DNA from: an uncultured Actinomycetota bacterium
GTDB taxonomy: Bacteria > Actinomycetota > Actinomycetes > Streptosporangiales > Streptosporangiaceae
DNA: 64,000 bases
Assembly (NCBI GenBank): GCA_963729365.1
Contig: CAVSNQ010000008.1
Coordinates: 66,632 to 130,631, forward strand
Reading direction: 5' to 3'
Below, piece by piece: positions 56,532 through 64,000 of this stretch; position 1 is the first letter of the stretch, and each line of letters begins with the position of its first letter. The translations under genes and the position numbers were made by a program. The notes under the pieces are model-generated. The model ran no database searches, was not told the origin of the DNA, and saw only the letters and a list, made by a program, of their open reading frames with translations.

Positions 56532-57278
56532 TCAGCCGTGTGCGGCCGCGGCCACCACGGGCGGCACCGGCGGGCCTGATCCGGAAACCGGCGGCGGCGA
56601 CGGCGCGGGGACCGACGGCGCGGGCGGTTTCTCGGCCGGGGGCGGCGTTTTCTCCGCCTGAGGCAGTGCCTTCTCGGCCGGAGGCAGTGCCTTCTCGACC
56701 GGAGGCAGCGGCCGGACCAGGCCTAGCGCCACTACCTCATTGGCCAGCCGGACCCGGCGGTTCGCCCCCTCGGGGATCCGGAACTTCTGGTACAAGCGGA
56801 GCAGGTGCTGCTTGACCGCGGCCTCGGTCACCACCAGGTCGGCGGCGATCTCACGTGCCGTCGCGGGCGCGACGAACGCCTCATCGGACAGGGCCGGGCG
56901 GCACAGCGAGGTCACCACGTCCAGCTCCCGGCGGGTCAGCTCGGGCGCCGCGGGCCGCCGCAGCTCCACCTCGGCGGCGAGCTCCTCGGCCGCTATCCCG
57001 AGGACCCGGCAGCGGGCCGACCCGAAGCTCAGCACGTCGCCATCCTCAAGGACCCGGCGCGCCACCAGGCGGCCGTTCACCCGGGTTCCGTTGCGTGATA
57101 ATCCGAGGTCGGTCACGTAGGCGTAGGGTCCGCGGCGGACGATCTCGGCATGCAGCCTGGATACGCTCGGATCGGCCAGGTGGACGTCGACGGACTTGCC
57201 GCGCCCGATGGTGGTCACATCCTCCCGCAGCGGCATCATGAGCCCGCTGTCCTCGACCCGGATGTAGGGGCCATCCAT
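56532..57278 (-). CDS. FHA-domain / LuxR-type HTH fusion regulator with heptad-repeat Pro-rich tail
   Basis: ORF 56532..57278(-). FHA: TTIGRGKSVDVHLADPSVSRLHAEIVRRGPYAYVTDLGLSRNGTRVNG. LuxR HTH: LTRRELDVVTSL...TAREIAADLVVTEAAVKQHLLRLYQKF. Tail: PPVEKALPPAEKALPQAEKTPPPAEKPPAP. Confidence 0.85.
   Translation of the reverse strand: MDGPYIRVEDSGLMMPLREDVTTIGRGKSVDVHLADPSVSRLHAEIVRRGPYAYVTDLGLSRNGTRVNGRLVARRVLEDGDVLSFGSARCRVLGIAAEELAAEVELRRPAAPELTRRELDVVTSLCRPALSDEAFVAPATAREIAADLVVTEAAVKQHLLRLYQKFRIPEGANRRVRLANEVVALGLVRPLPPVEKALPPAEKALPQAEKTPPPAEKPPAPSVPAPSPPPVSGSGPPVPPVVAAAAHG
56618..56712. repeat. 21-bp degenerate tandem repeat (about 4.5 copies) coding the PPAEKAL heptads
   Basis: GAGGCAGTGCCTTCTCGGCCG at 56660-56680 and GAGGCAGTGCCTTCTCGACCG at 56681-56701, flanked by diverged copies. 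Confidence 0.8.
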
Positions 57279-57504
57279 GACGAGGTCCTCCCGCCTGTCG
57301 GAGCAGCTACTGATATCTCACTTTCCAGCTACCCCTCTCGGCGGTTGTTGTACCGTGTCCGGGCCAACGGATTGAGCACGCCAGGCAGATACCGAGGGCT
57401 TTGGGCGGGCATGGCAGCTGCGTACAGCACGCGCAAGTACACTGCCGAGCTAGCCGCCTGAGAGGAAGACACATGCCGGGGAAGCCGTCCAGGGGCCTGG
57501 CGCG

Positions 57505-57906
57505 ATGAGGCATTCCGCGCCGTCGGCATCCCGGTTGCGCCGGCAGCGCCGGGCGTCTGCGACGCGACCGCTGGACACCTCTGTGCGGGACCAGGCCCGC
57601 GCGCCAGCCGACCCCCGCCGGGCGGGCACCCCAGGGCGCCAGCGGTGGCAGCAGCTTCCCTACGTGATCGTGCTGTGCTGCCTCGCGCTGGCGCTGGTGT
57701 GGATGCGGCAGAGCGGACAGGATGTCAGGGGGGGTACGTTGGCGGTGGCCGGGATCCTGTTCGCAGCTGCCCTGGCCAGGCTGGCGCTGCCGGAGCGCCG
57801 GGCAGGCCTGCTCGCATCGAGAGGCCGGCTGACTGACGTGGCGGTCCTGGCCGCGCTCGGTACCGGTCTGCTCGTAGCTGGGCTGCTGCTGCCTGCGCAG
57901 CCCTGA
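57505..57906 (+). CDS. DUF3017-like small membrane protein
   Basis: ORF 57505..57906. Arg-rich N-terminus, then LPYVIVLCCLALALVW...LAVAGILFAAALARLALPERRAGLLASRGRLTDVAVLAALGTGLLVAGLLLP. This topology and the LPERRAGLL motif match DUF3017 as I recall it. Confidence 0.6.
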   Translation: MRHSAPSASRLRRQRRASATRPLDTSVRDQARAPADPRRAGTPGRQRWQQLPYVIVLCCLALALVWMRQSGQDVRGGTLAVAGILFAAALARLALPERRAGLLASRGRLTDVAVLAALGTGLLVAGLLLPAQP

Positions 57907-57951
57907 CCCCGGCGAGCTGCGGCGCTCGAACGATGAAGGGAAAGTAGCGGC

Positions 57952-59169
57952 ATGTCCAAGATCAAGGTGGCGAACCCCGTTGTCGAGCTCGATGGCGACG
58001 AGATGACGAGGATCATCTGGCATTTCATCAAGGACCAGCTGATCCTGCCCTACCTGGATATCGACCTCAAGTATTACGACCTCTCGATGCAGAACCGGGA
58101 CGCCACCGACGACCAGGTAACCATCGACGCGGCGAACGCCATCAAGCGGTACGGAGTGGGCGTGAAGTGCGCCACGATAACGCCGGACGAAGCCCGGGTG
58201 GCTGAGTTCGGTCTGAAGCGGATGTGGCGCTCGCCGAATGGCACGATCCGCAACATCCTCGGCGGAGTGGTCTTCCGCGAGCCCATCGTGGTGTCCAGCA
58301 TCCCGCGATTCGTGCCCGGCTGGACCAAGCCGATCATCATCGGCCGCCATGCGCACGGCGACCAGTACCGGGCCACCGACTTCGTCGTGCCCGGGCCGGG
58401 CACGGTGAACATCTCCTACGTCCCCGATGACGCGGCCGCCGAGCGCACCGAGCTCGAGGTGGCGCGCTTCGAGGGCGGCGGCATCGCGATGGGGATGTAC
58501 AACTTCGATGACTCGATCCGTGACTTCGCCCGCGCCACCATGCGTTATGCGCTCAACCGCGGTTACCCGCTGTTCCTGTCCACCAAGAACACGATCCTGA
58601 AGGCCTATGACGGGCGGTTCAAGGACATCTTCGCCGAGATCTTCGAGAGCGAGTTCAAGTCCGACTTCGAGGCGGCCGGGATCACCTACGATCACCGGCT
58701 GATCGACGACATGGTCGCCCAGGTCATCAAAGGCGACGGCGGCATCGTGTGGGCGTGCAAGAACTACGACGGCGACGTGGAGTCCGACATCGTGGCCCAG
58801 GGGTTCGGGTCGCTGGGGCTGATGACCAGCGTGCTGATGACCCCGGACGGCGCCACGGTGGAGGCCGAGGCCGCGCACGGCACCGTGACCCGGCACTACC
58901 GCCAGCACCAGCAGGGCAGGCCCACCTCGACCAACCCGATCGCCTCGATCTTCGCCTGGACCCGGGGGCTGGCCCACCGCGGCCAGCTCGACGACACGCC
59001 CGACGTCACCCGGTTCGCCGAGACGCTGGAGCGGGTCTGCGTCGACACCGTCCTGAGCGGGAAGATGACCAAGGACCTGGCGCTGCTCGTGGGTCCCGGC
59101 ACGCCGTTCCTGACCACCGAGGAGTTCCTCGCCACGCTGGACGATAACCTGCGCGTGGCGATGGCTTAG
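57952..59169 (+). CDS. icd: NADP-dependent isocitrate dehydrogenase (homodimeric, eukaryote-like subfamily)
   Basis: ORF 57952..59169: [76 protein letters not shown]. Confidence 0.95.
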   Translation: MSKIKVANPVVELDGDEMTRIIWHFIKDQLILPYLDIDLKYYDLSMQNRDATDDQVTIDAANAIKRYGVGVKCATITPDEARVAEFGLKRMWRSPNGTIRNILGGVVFREPIVVSSIPRFVPGWTKPIIIGRHAHGDQYRATDFVVPGPGTVNISYVPDDAAAERTELEVARFEGGGIAMGMYNFDDSIRDFARATMRYALNRGYPLFLSTKNTILKAYDGRFKDIFAEIFESEFKSDFEAAGITYDHRLIDDMVAQVIKGDGGIVWACKNYDGDVESDIVAQGFGSLGLMTSVLMTPDGATVEAEAAHGTVTRHYRQHQQGRPTSTNPIASIFAWTRGLAHRGQLDDTPDVTRFAETLERVCVDTVLSGKMTKDLALLVGPGTPFLTTEEFLATLDDNLRVAMA

Positions 59170-59197
59170 TCGCGGAAGCAAGATGAGAGCAGGAGAC

Positions 59198-60154
59198 ATG
59201 ACCCGCACAGGCAAGGTGACCGTCGTCGGCGCCGGGTTCTACGGTTCGACCACCGCGCAGCGGCTCGCCGAGTACGACATCTTCGATGAGGTCGTGCTGA
59301 CCGACATCGTGGCGGGCAGGCCCGAGGGGCTGGCCCTGGACATGAACCAGTCGCGCCCGATCGAGGGCTTCGAGACGAAGGTCACGGGGCAGACCACCGG
59401 CCCGGCGGGCGAGGGCTATGAGGTGATCGCCGGCTCGGGCATCGTCGTGATCACCGCTGGCCTGCCGCGCAAGCCGGGCATGAGCCGGATGGACCTGATC
59501 GGGGTCAACGCGAAGATCGTGCGGAGCGTGGCCGAGCAGGTGGTCAAGCACGCGCCGGACGCCGTGCTGGTCGTGGTCTCGAACCCACTCGACGAGATGA
59601 CCGCGCTCGCCGCGAAGGTCACCGGGTTTCCGGCGCACCAGGTGATGGGTCAGGCCGGCCTGCTGGACACCGCCCGGTTCAGCTACTTCGTCGCCGACCG
59701 CCTCGGCGTGCCGGTCGGCTCGGTGCGCACGCTCACGCTGGGCTCGCACGGGGACACGATGGTGCCCGTCCCGTCCGCCTGCTCGGTCGATGGCCAGCCA
59801 CTCACCGACCTGATGGGACCAGCCGACATTGAGGCGCTGGTGCAGCGCACCCGCGACGGCGGTGCCGAGATCGTGGGCCTGCTGAAGACCGGGTCGGCCT
59901 ACTACGCGCCGTCGGCCGCCGCGGCCAGGATGGCGCGAGCCGTGGCCGAGGACTCCGGTGCCGTGCTGCCGGTCTGTGCCTGGGTGGACGGCCAGTACGG
60001 GATCTCCGGCGTCTACCTGGGCGTCGAGGCCGAGATCGGCCGGACCGGCGTGCGGAGAGTCGTGCAACGGGACCTGACCGAGTCCGAGCTGGCCTCGCTG
60101 CGGGAGGCCGCCGAGGCGGTCCGGGCCAAGCAAGCCGACGTCGCGAGCCTCTGA
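59198..60154 (+). CDS. mdh: malate dehydrogenase (LDH-like MDH)
   Basis: ORF 59183..60154, ATG 59198 after AGGAGA: KVTVVGAGFYGSTTAQ, VITAGLPRKPGMSRMDL, VVSNPLD, LGSHGDTMVP. Confidence 0.95.
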   Translation: MTRTGKVTVVGAGFYGSTTAQRLAEYDIFDEVVLTDIVAGRPEGLALDMNQSRPIEGFETKVTGQTTGPAGEGYEVIAGSGIVVITAGLPRKPGMSRMDLIGVNAKIVRSVAEQVVKHAPDAVLVVVSNPLDEMTALAAKVTGFPAHQVMGQAGLLDTARFSYFVADRLGVPVGSVRTLTLGSHGDTMVPVPSACSVDGQPLTDLMGPADIEALVQRTRDGGAEIVGLLKTGSAYYAPSAAAARMARAVAEDSGAVLPVCAWVDGQYGISGVYLGVEAEIGRTGVRRVVQRDLTESELASLREAAEAVRAKQADVASL

Positions 60155-60208
60155 CCGCGGCCGGGTAGCTGCTGGGGGACCAGTGGCCGCTGCGACGCGG
60201 GCCCGCGG

Positions 60209-61405
60209 TCAGCCGGCGGCCAGCCTGCGCAGCGCGAGTTCCGCCAGCAGCGCCGTGCCGTCGGCCAGCGCCGCGTCGTCGAACACGGCCTCGGCCGAGT
60301 GATTGAACGGGGCCGTGTCCGGATCGGCGTCCGGCGGGGTGGCGCCGAGCATGATGAACGCCCCCGGCACCTGTTCGAGCACGTAGGAGAAGTCCTCAGA
60401 ACCGGTGACCGGGTTCGGCGTCCGCACGAAACGCTGGCTTCCGAAGACCTCGGCGACGGTCCGTTCGGCGAAGGCCACCTCGGCGGTGTTGTTGATCGTC
60501 ACCGGGTAGCTGTCGACGAACTCGGCCGTCGCCGACAGCCCGTGCGCGGACGCGATGTCCCGCACCAGCCTGAGGGCCGCGTCCTGCACCTCGGCCCGCG
60601 TTCCGGCCGAGAACGACCGCACGGTCGCGGCGAACCGCGCCTGGTCTGGGATCACGTTGCTCGCGGTGCCCGCGTGGAAGCTGCCCACGGTGATCACGAC
60701 CGGGTCGAACACGTCGAACCGCCGGGTGACCAGTGTCTGCAGCGCGGTCACGATCTCGCAGGCGGCCGGGACCGGATCGGCGGCCCGATGGGGCTGTGAT
60801 CCGTGCCCGCCGCGGCCCTGGACCGTCACCTCCAGCGTGTCGGCCGACGCCATCATGGTCCCGTCCCGGCTCGTGAACAGCCCGAGGGGCAGCAGGCTCG
60901 ACGCGACGTGCAGCCCGAACGCGGCGATGGGGCGGTCCCCGGCCGCGTCGAGGACGCCCTCGGAGATCATCAGCCGGGCGCCGCCGAAGGACTCCTCGCC
61001 GGGCTGGAACATGAAGATCACGTTCCCGGCGAGCTCCTCCCGCCGCGCGGACAGCAGCCGGGCCGCGCCGGCCAGCATCGCGGTGTGCAGGTCGTGGCCG
61101 CACGCGTGCATGACCCCGTCGACCCGGGAGGCGTAAGGCAGGCCGGTGGACTCGGTCACCGGGAGGGCGTCCATATCCCCGCGCAGCAGGACGTTCCCGC
61201 CCGGCCGGGTTCCGCGAAGCACCGCGGTCACCGAGCTGAGCGACCGCCCCGCCGTGACCTCGAGCGGCAGCCCGTCCAGCGCGGCCAGCACCTTCTCCTG
61301 GGTCCTGGGCAGGTCGAGCCCGATCTCTGGCTCCCGGTGGATGGCCCGGCGCAGCTCTGAGAGTTCGCCGCCGATCTGGGCCGCGTCGTCACGTACCTGA
61401 CCCAT
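60209..61405 (-). CDS. M20D-family amidohydrolase (N-acyl-L-amino acid / hippurate hydrolase type)
   Basis: ORF 60209..61405(-): LRGDMDALPV, MHACGHDLH, FMFQPGEE, GLHV, GGHGSQPH, GSEDFSY. Confidence 0.85.
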   Translation of the reverse strand: MGQVRDDAAQIGGELSELRRAIHREPEIGLDLPRTQEKVLAALDGLPLEVTAGRSLSSVTAVLRGTRPGGNVLLRGDMDALPVTESTGLPYASRVDGVMHACGHDLHTAMLAGAARLLSARREELAGNVIFMFQPGEESFGGARLMISEGVLDAAGDRPIAAFGLHVASSLLPLGLFTSRDGTMMASADTLEVTVQGRGGHGSQPHRAADPVPAACEIVTALQTLVTRRFDVFDPVVITVGSFHAGTASNVIPDQARFAATVRSFSAGTRAEVQDAALRLVRDIASAHGLSATAEFVDSYPVTINNTAEVAFAERTVAEVFGSQRFVRTPNPVTGSEDFSYVLEQVPGAFIMLGATPPDADPDTAPFNHSAEAVFDDAALADGTALLAELALRRLAAG

Positions 61406-61699
61406 GGGCGCGTTGTCTCCTCTCTGGGCACCGGCCGATGCCCGGCGTGCCCGGTCCAGCGTCCCACGAGCGCGCGGGGCGCGGATACCCTGCGGCTCCG
61501 GCCGTGATCGTGGTTTTGCCCCCTATTTCGCGTGAAACCGATCCCGATCACGGAATGCCGGCCAGGTCTACATCCGCGATCTTCGGAGCCCTCACTTAGA
61601 CTGTGCGGACACCGCGCCGCGCGGTGCCCGCCGTGACCGGCATCCGGCCGGCGGCGGTCGACGCCAGACGCCACCGGGCCAGAGGTCAGGAATCCAGAC

Positions 61700-63013
61700 G
61701 TGAATGCCGTCGGCTGGGACATTCTCATCGTCCTGGTCATCGTGCTCATCGGGGGGTTCTTCGCGGGCGCCGAGATGGCGCTGGTGTCGCTCCGCGACGG
61801 CCAGGTGCGGGCCCTGTCCAGGCGCGGAAAGCGCGGCCAGCGGGCAGCCAAGCTCGCGCAGAACCCCAACCGGTTCCTTTCCGCCGTGCAGATCGGGGTC
61901 ACGCTGGCCACCCTGCTGTCGGGTGCGTTCGGCGCGGCCACCCTGGCCAGCGATCTGAAGTCCTGGCTCGTCCACCACATGTCGGACGGGCTGGCCTCCG
62001 CGATCTCGATCGCGGTGGTCACCCTGGCCATCTCGATCCTGACCCTGATCCTCGGCGAGCTCGCGCCCAAGCGGCTCGCGCTGCAGCGCTCGGAGCGGGT
62101 GTCGCTGTTCGCCGCGCCCATCCTGGACCGGCTGGCCACGGTGGCCACCCCGCTGGTCTGGCTGCTGTCGAAGTGCGTGAACTTCGTGGTCACCATCCTC
62201 GGCGGCGACCCGAGCGTCGGCCGCGGGGTCATGACCGAGCAGGAACTCCGCGACGTGGTAGACGGGTACCAGGCGCTGAGCGCCGACCAGCGGCACATCC
62301 TGGGCGAGGTGTTCGACGCGGGAAAGCGCCAGGTCCGCGAGGTGCTCGTGCCCAGGACCGAGGTCGAGTTCCTGCCCGCCACCATGCCGATAGCCGAGGC
62401 CGCGACCAAGGTCGTGGCGGCACCGCATACCCGGTTCCCCGTCTATCAGGAGTCCTACGACGACGTGATCGGCTTCGTGCACGCCAGGGACCTGCTCGGC
62501 CCCGACGCCGCCGGTCATGGCTCGCTCCAGGTCGGCGAGGTCTGCAGGCCGGTGAAGTTCCTGCCCACGAGCAAGACCGTGCTGTCCGCCCTGTCGGAGA
62601 TGCGGCGGGAGAACGCGCACCTGGCCATCGTGCTCGATGAGTACGGCGGCACCGCGGGCATCGTGACGCTCGAGGACCTCGTCGAGGAGCTGATCGGCGA
62701 GATCCAGGATGAGTACGACGTCGACGGGGGCCATTCCCGGCAGCTGCGCGGCGGCGAACTCGAGGTCGACGGCCTGCTGAACCTGGACGACTTCGCCGAG
62801 CAGACCGGCGTCGAGCTGCCCGAGGGCCCCTACGAGACGGTGGCCGGCTATCTGCTCGCCGCCCTGGGCCACCTCCCCGGTGAGGGAGAGTCGGTCGAAG
62901 TCTCCGGCCGCAGGCTGGCCGTGACCCAGCTGGACGGGCGGCGCATCGCCCGGGTGCGCGTGGGCCAGGCCGCGGGGGCGCGGCAAGAACAACCTAGCCC
63001 GCAGGCCGACTAG
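61700..63013 (+). CDS. CNNM/CorC-HlyC ('hemolysin') family protein: DUF21 membrane domain + CBS pair + CorC_HlyC
   Basis: ORF 61700..63013: [87 protein letters not shown]. Confidence 0.9.
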   Translation: MNAVGWDILIVLVIVLIGGFFAGAEMALVSLRDGQVRALSRRGKRGQRAAKLAQNPNRFLSAVQIGVTLATLLSGAFGAATLASDLKSWLVHHMSDGLASAISIAVVTLAISILTLILGELAPKRLALQRSERVSLFAAPILDRLATVATPLVWLLSKCVNFVVTILGGDPSVGRGVMTEQELRDVVDGYQALSADQRHILGEVFDAGKRQVREVLVPRTEVEFLPATMPIAEAATKVVAAPHTRFPVYQESYDDVIGFVHARDLLGPDAAGHGSLQVGEVCRPVKFLPTSKTVLSALSEMRRENAHLAIVLDEYGGTAGIVTLEDLVEELIGEIQDEYDVDGGHSRQLRGGELEVDGLLNLDDFAEQTGVELPEGPYETVAGYLLAALGHLPGEGESVEVSGRRLAVTQLDGRRIARVRVGQAAGARQEQPSPQAD

Positions 63014-63023
63014 ACTGACCGCC

Positions 63024-64000
63024 GTGCGCTCACCTGAGGGGGATGATGGTGACGCGGCGGTGCTTGACGACACCACGGGGCCGGACACCGTCCTCGTCGT
63101 CGACTTCGGGGCCCAGTATGCCCAGCTGATCGCGCGCCGGGTCCGCGAGTGCCAGGTGTACTCGGAGATCGTGCCGGCCACGATGCCGGTGGCCGAGATG
63201 CTGGCCAGGCGGCCGCGGGCCATCATCCTGTCCGGCGGGCCCGCGTCCGTCTACGCGCCCGGAGCCCCGCCCGCCCCGGACGGCTTGTTCCAGGCCGGAG
63301 TCCCCATTCTCGGGATCTGCTACGGCTTCCAGCTCATGGTGTCCGGCCTGGGCGGCACGGTGCAGCGCACCGGCGGCGGCGAGTACGGTGCGACCGCGCT
63401 CGAGGTACTCTCCGCCGGCACGGGCGGCGTCATGCTCGGCGGCCTGCCCGCCCGGCAGCACGTGTGGATGTCGCACGGCGATACCTGCGCCGCCCCGCCG
63501 CCCGGCTTCGCGGTCACGGCGCGGACGCCAGGGACACCGGTCGCCGCGGCCGAGGACGCGGACAGGCGGCTCTACGGCGTGCAGTTCCACCCCGAGGTGC
63601 TGCACACCGCGCACGGGATGGAGGTGCTGCGGCGCTTCCTGAAGGCGGCGGGCTGCAGGCCGACGTGGACCACGCGCGGCGTGATCGAGGAGCAGACCGA
63701 GCGGATCGCCGAACAGGTCGCCGACGGCCACGCGATCTGCGGGCTGTCCGGCGGCGTCGACTCCGCGGTGGCCGCGGCCCTGGTCCAGCGGGCCATAGGC
63801 TCCCGGCTGAGCTGCGTGTTCGTTGATCACGGGCTGCTGCGCACGGGCGAGGCCGAGCAGGTGGAGCGGGACTTCGTCGCCGCGACCGGGGTCGACCTGA
63901 CGGTGGTGGACGCGGCGGCCGAGTTCCTGACCGCGCTGGCCGGGGTTACCGACCCCGAGGAGAAGCGGAAGATCATCGGGCGGGAGTTCATCCGCGCGTT
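63024..64000 (+). CDS. guaA: GMP synthase (glutamine-hydrolysing), 5' part; continues beyond window
   Basis: My own translation in the frame of GTG 63024 (GTG 63060 is an alternative): [31 protein letters not shown] (GATase Cys), [19 protein letters not shown] (ATP-PPase P-loop), FVDHGLLR. It is not in the ORF track because it is open at the window end. Confidence 0.9.
   Translation, partial: MRSPEGDDGDAAVLDDTTGPDTVLVVDFGAQYAQLIARRVRECQVYSEIVPATMPVAEMLARRPRAIILSGGPASVYAPGAPPAPDGLFQAGVPILGICYGFQLMVSGLGGTVQRTGGGEYGATALEVLSAGTGGVMLGGLPARQHVWMSHGDTCAAPPPGFAVTARTPGTPVAAAEDADRRLYGVQFHPEVLHTAHGMEVLRRFLKAAGCRPTWTTRGVIEEQTERIAEQVADGHAICGLSGGVDSAVAAALVQRAIGSRLSCVFVDHGLLRTGEAEQVERDFVAATGVDLTVVDAAAEFLTALAGVTDPEEKRKIIGREFIRA

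Overview
This window is a very GC-rich, actinobacterial-type chromosomal segment with about 55 protein genes. I recognised no rRNA, tRNA, CRISPR array or transposase. Long ORFs antisense to real genes are common here and were ignored as high-GC artefacts.

Gene content, left to right:
- Nitrilase-superfamily gene (cut by the window edge), a GntR/UTRA regulator and MntP.
- A cell-envelope-type cluster on the minus strand (GT4 glycosyltransferase, methyltransferase, prenyltransferase-repeat protein), with a convergent second methyltransferase and a divergent, partner-less gmd.
- A VIT-family transporter.
- A minus-strand operon: Dpp/Opp-type ABC importer (permease, permease, fused ATPase, family-5 binding protein), then an ornithine-cyclodeaminase-like protein, then a HAL-family lyase.
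- A divergent plus-strand trio: Fae-like protein, enolase-superfamily protein, Fe-alcohol dehydrogenase.
- hutU, an M20 amidohydrolase and hutF. An opposite-strand arsR-mgtA-LCP block separates these from hutI.
- SppA, a NUDIX-NYN fusion, a P450, a DUF222/HNH gene and a LigB-type dioxygenase.
- The GlgE alpha-glucan pathway (glgE, treS, mak, glgB, divergent glgP), with ltaE inserted between treS and mak.
- bldC, an XRE regulator, a crotonase, a Ser/Thr kinase convergent with an FHA-LuxR regulator, then DUF3017, icd, mdh, an M20 amidohydrolase, a CNNM/CorC-type protein and the start of guaA.

Most interesting observation: the only HAL-family gene in the window reads Ser-Ala-Gly where the MIO-forming Ala-Ser-Gly triad should be. 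It ends an ABC-importer operon, faces a Fae-like/enolase/ADH operon, and lies about 10 kb from a hut cluster that has no canonical hutH here. I propose, as inference only, uptake and MIO-independent elimination of a histidine-derived or other quaternary-amine substrate that feeds the hut enzymes.

Other points:
- Three genes (mak, a YfcE-like phosphoesterase, an XRE regulator) are each broken by an apparent single-base indel in a G/C run. This looks more like consensus error than decay.
- Several perfect tandem repeats (25, 22, 36, 21 and 9 bp) sit at gene ends or inside terminal coding regions.

All functional calls come from motif recognition in the translations. No database search was run.
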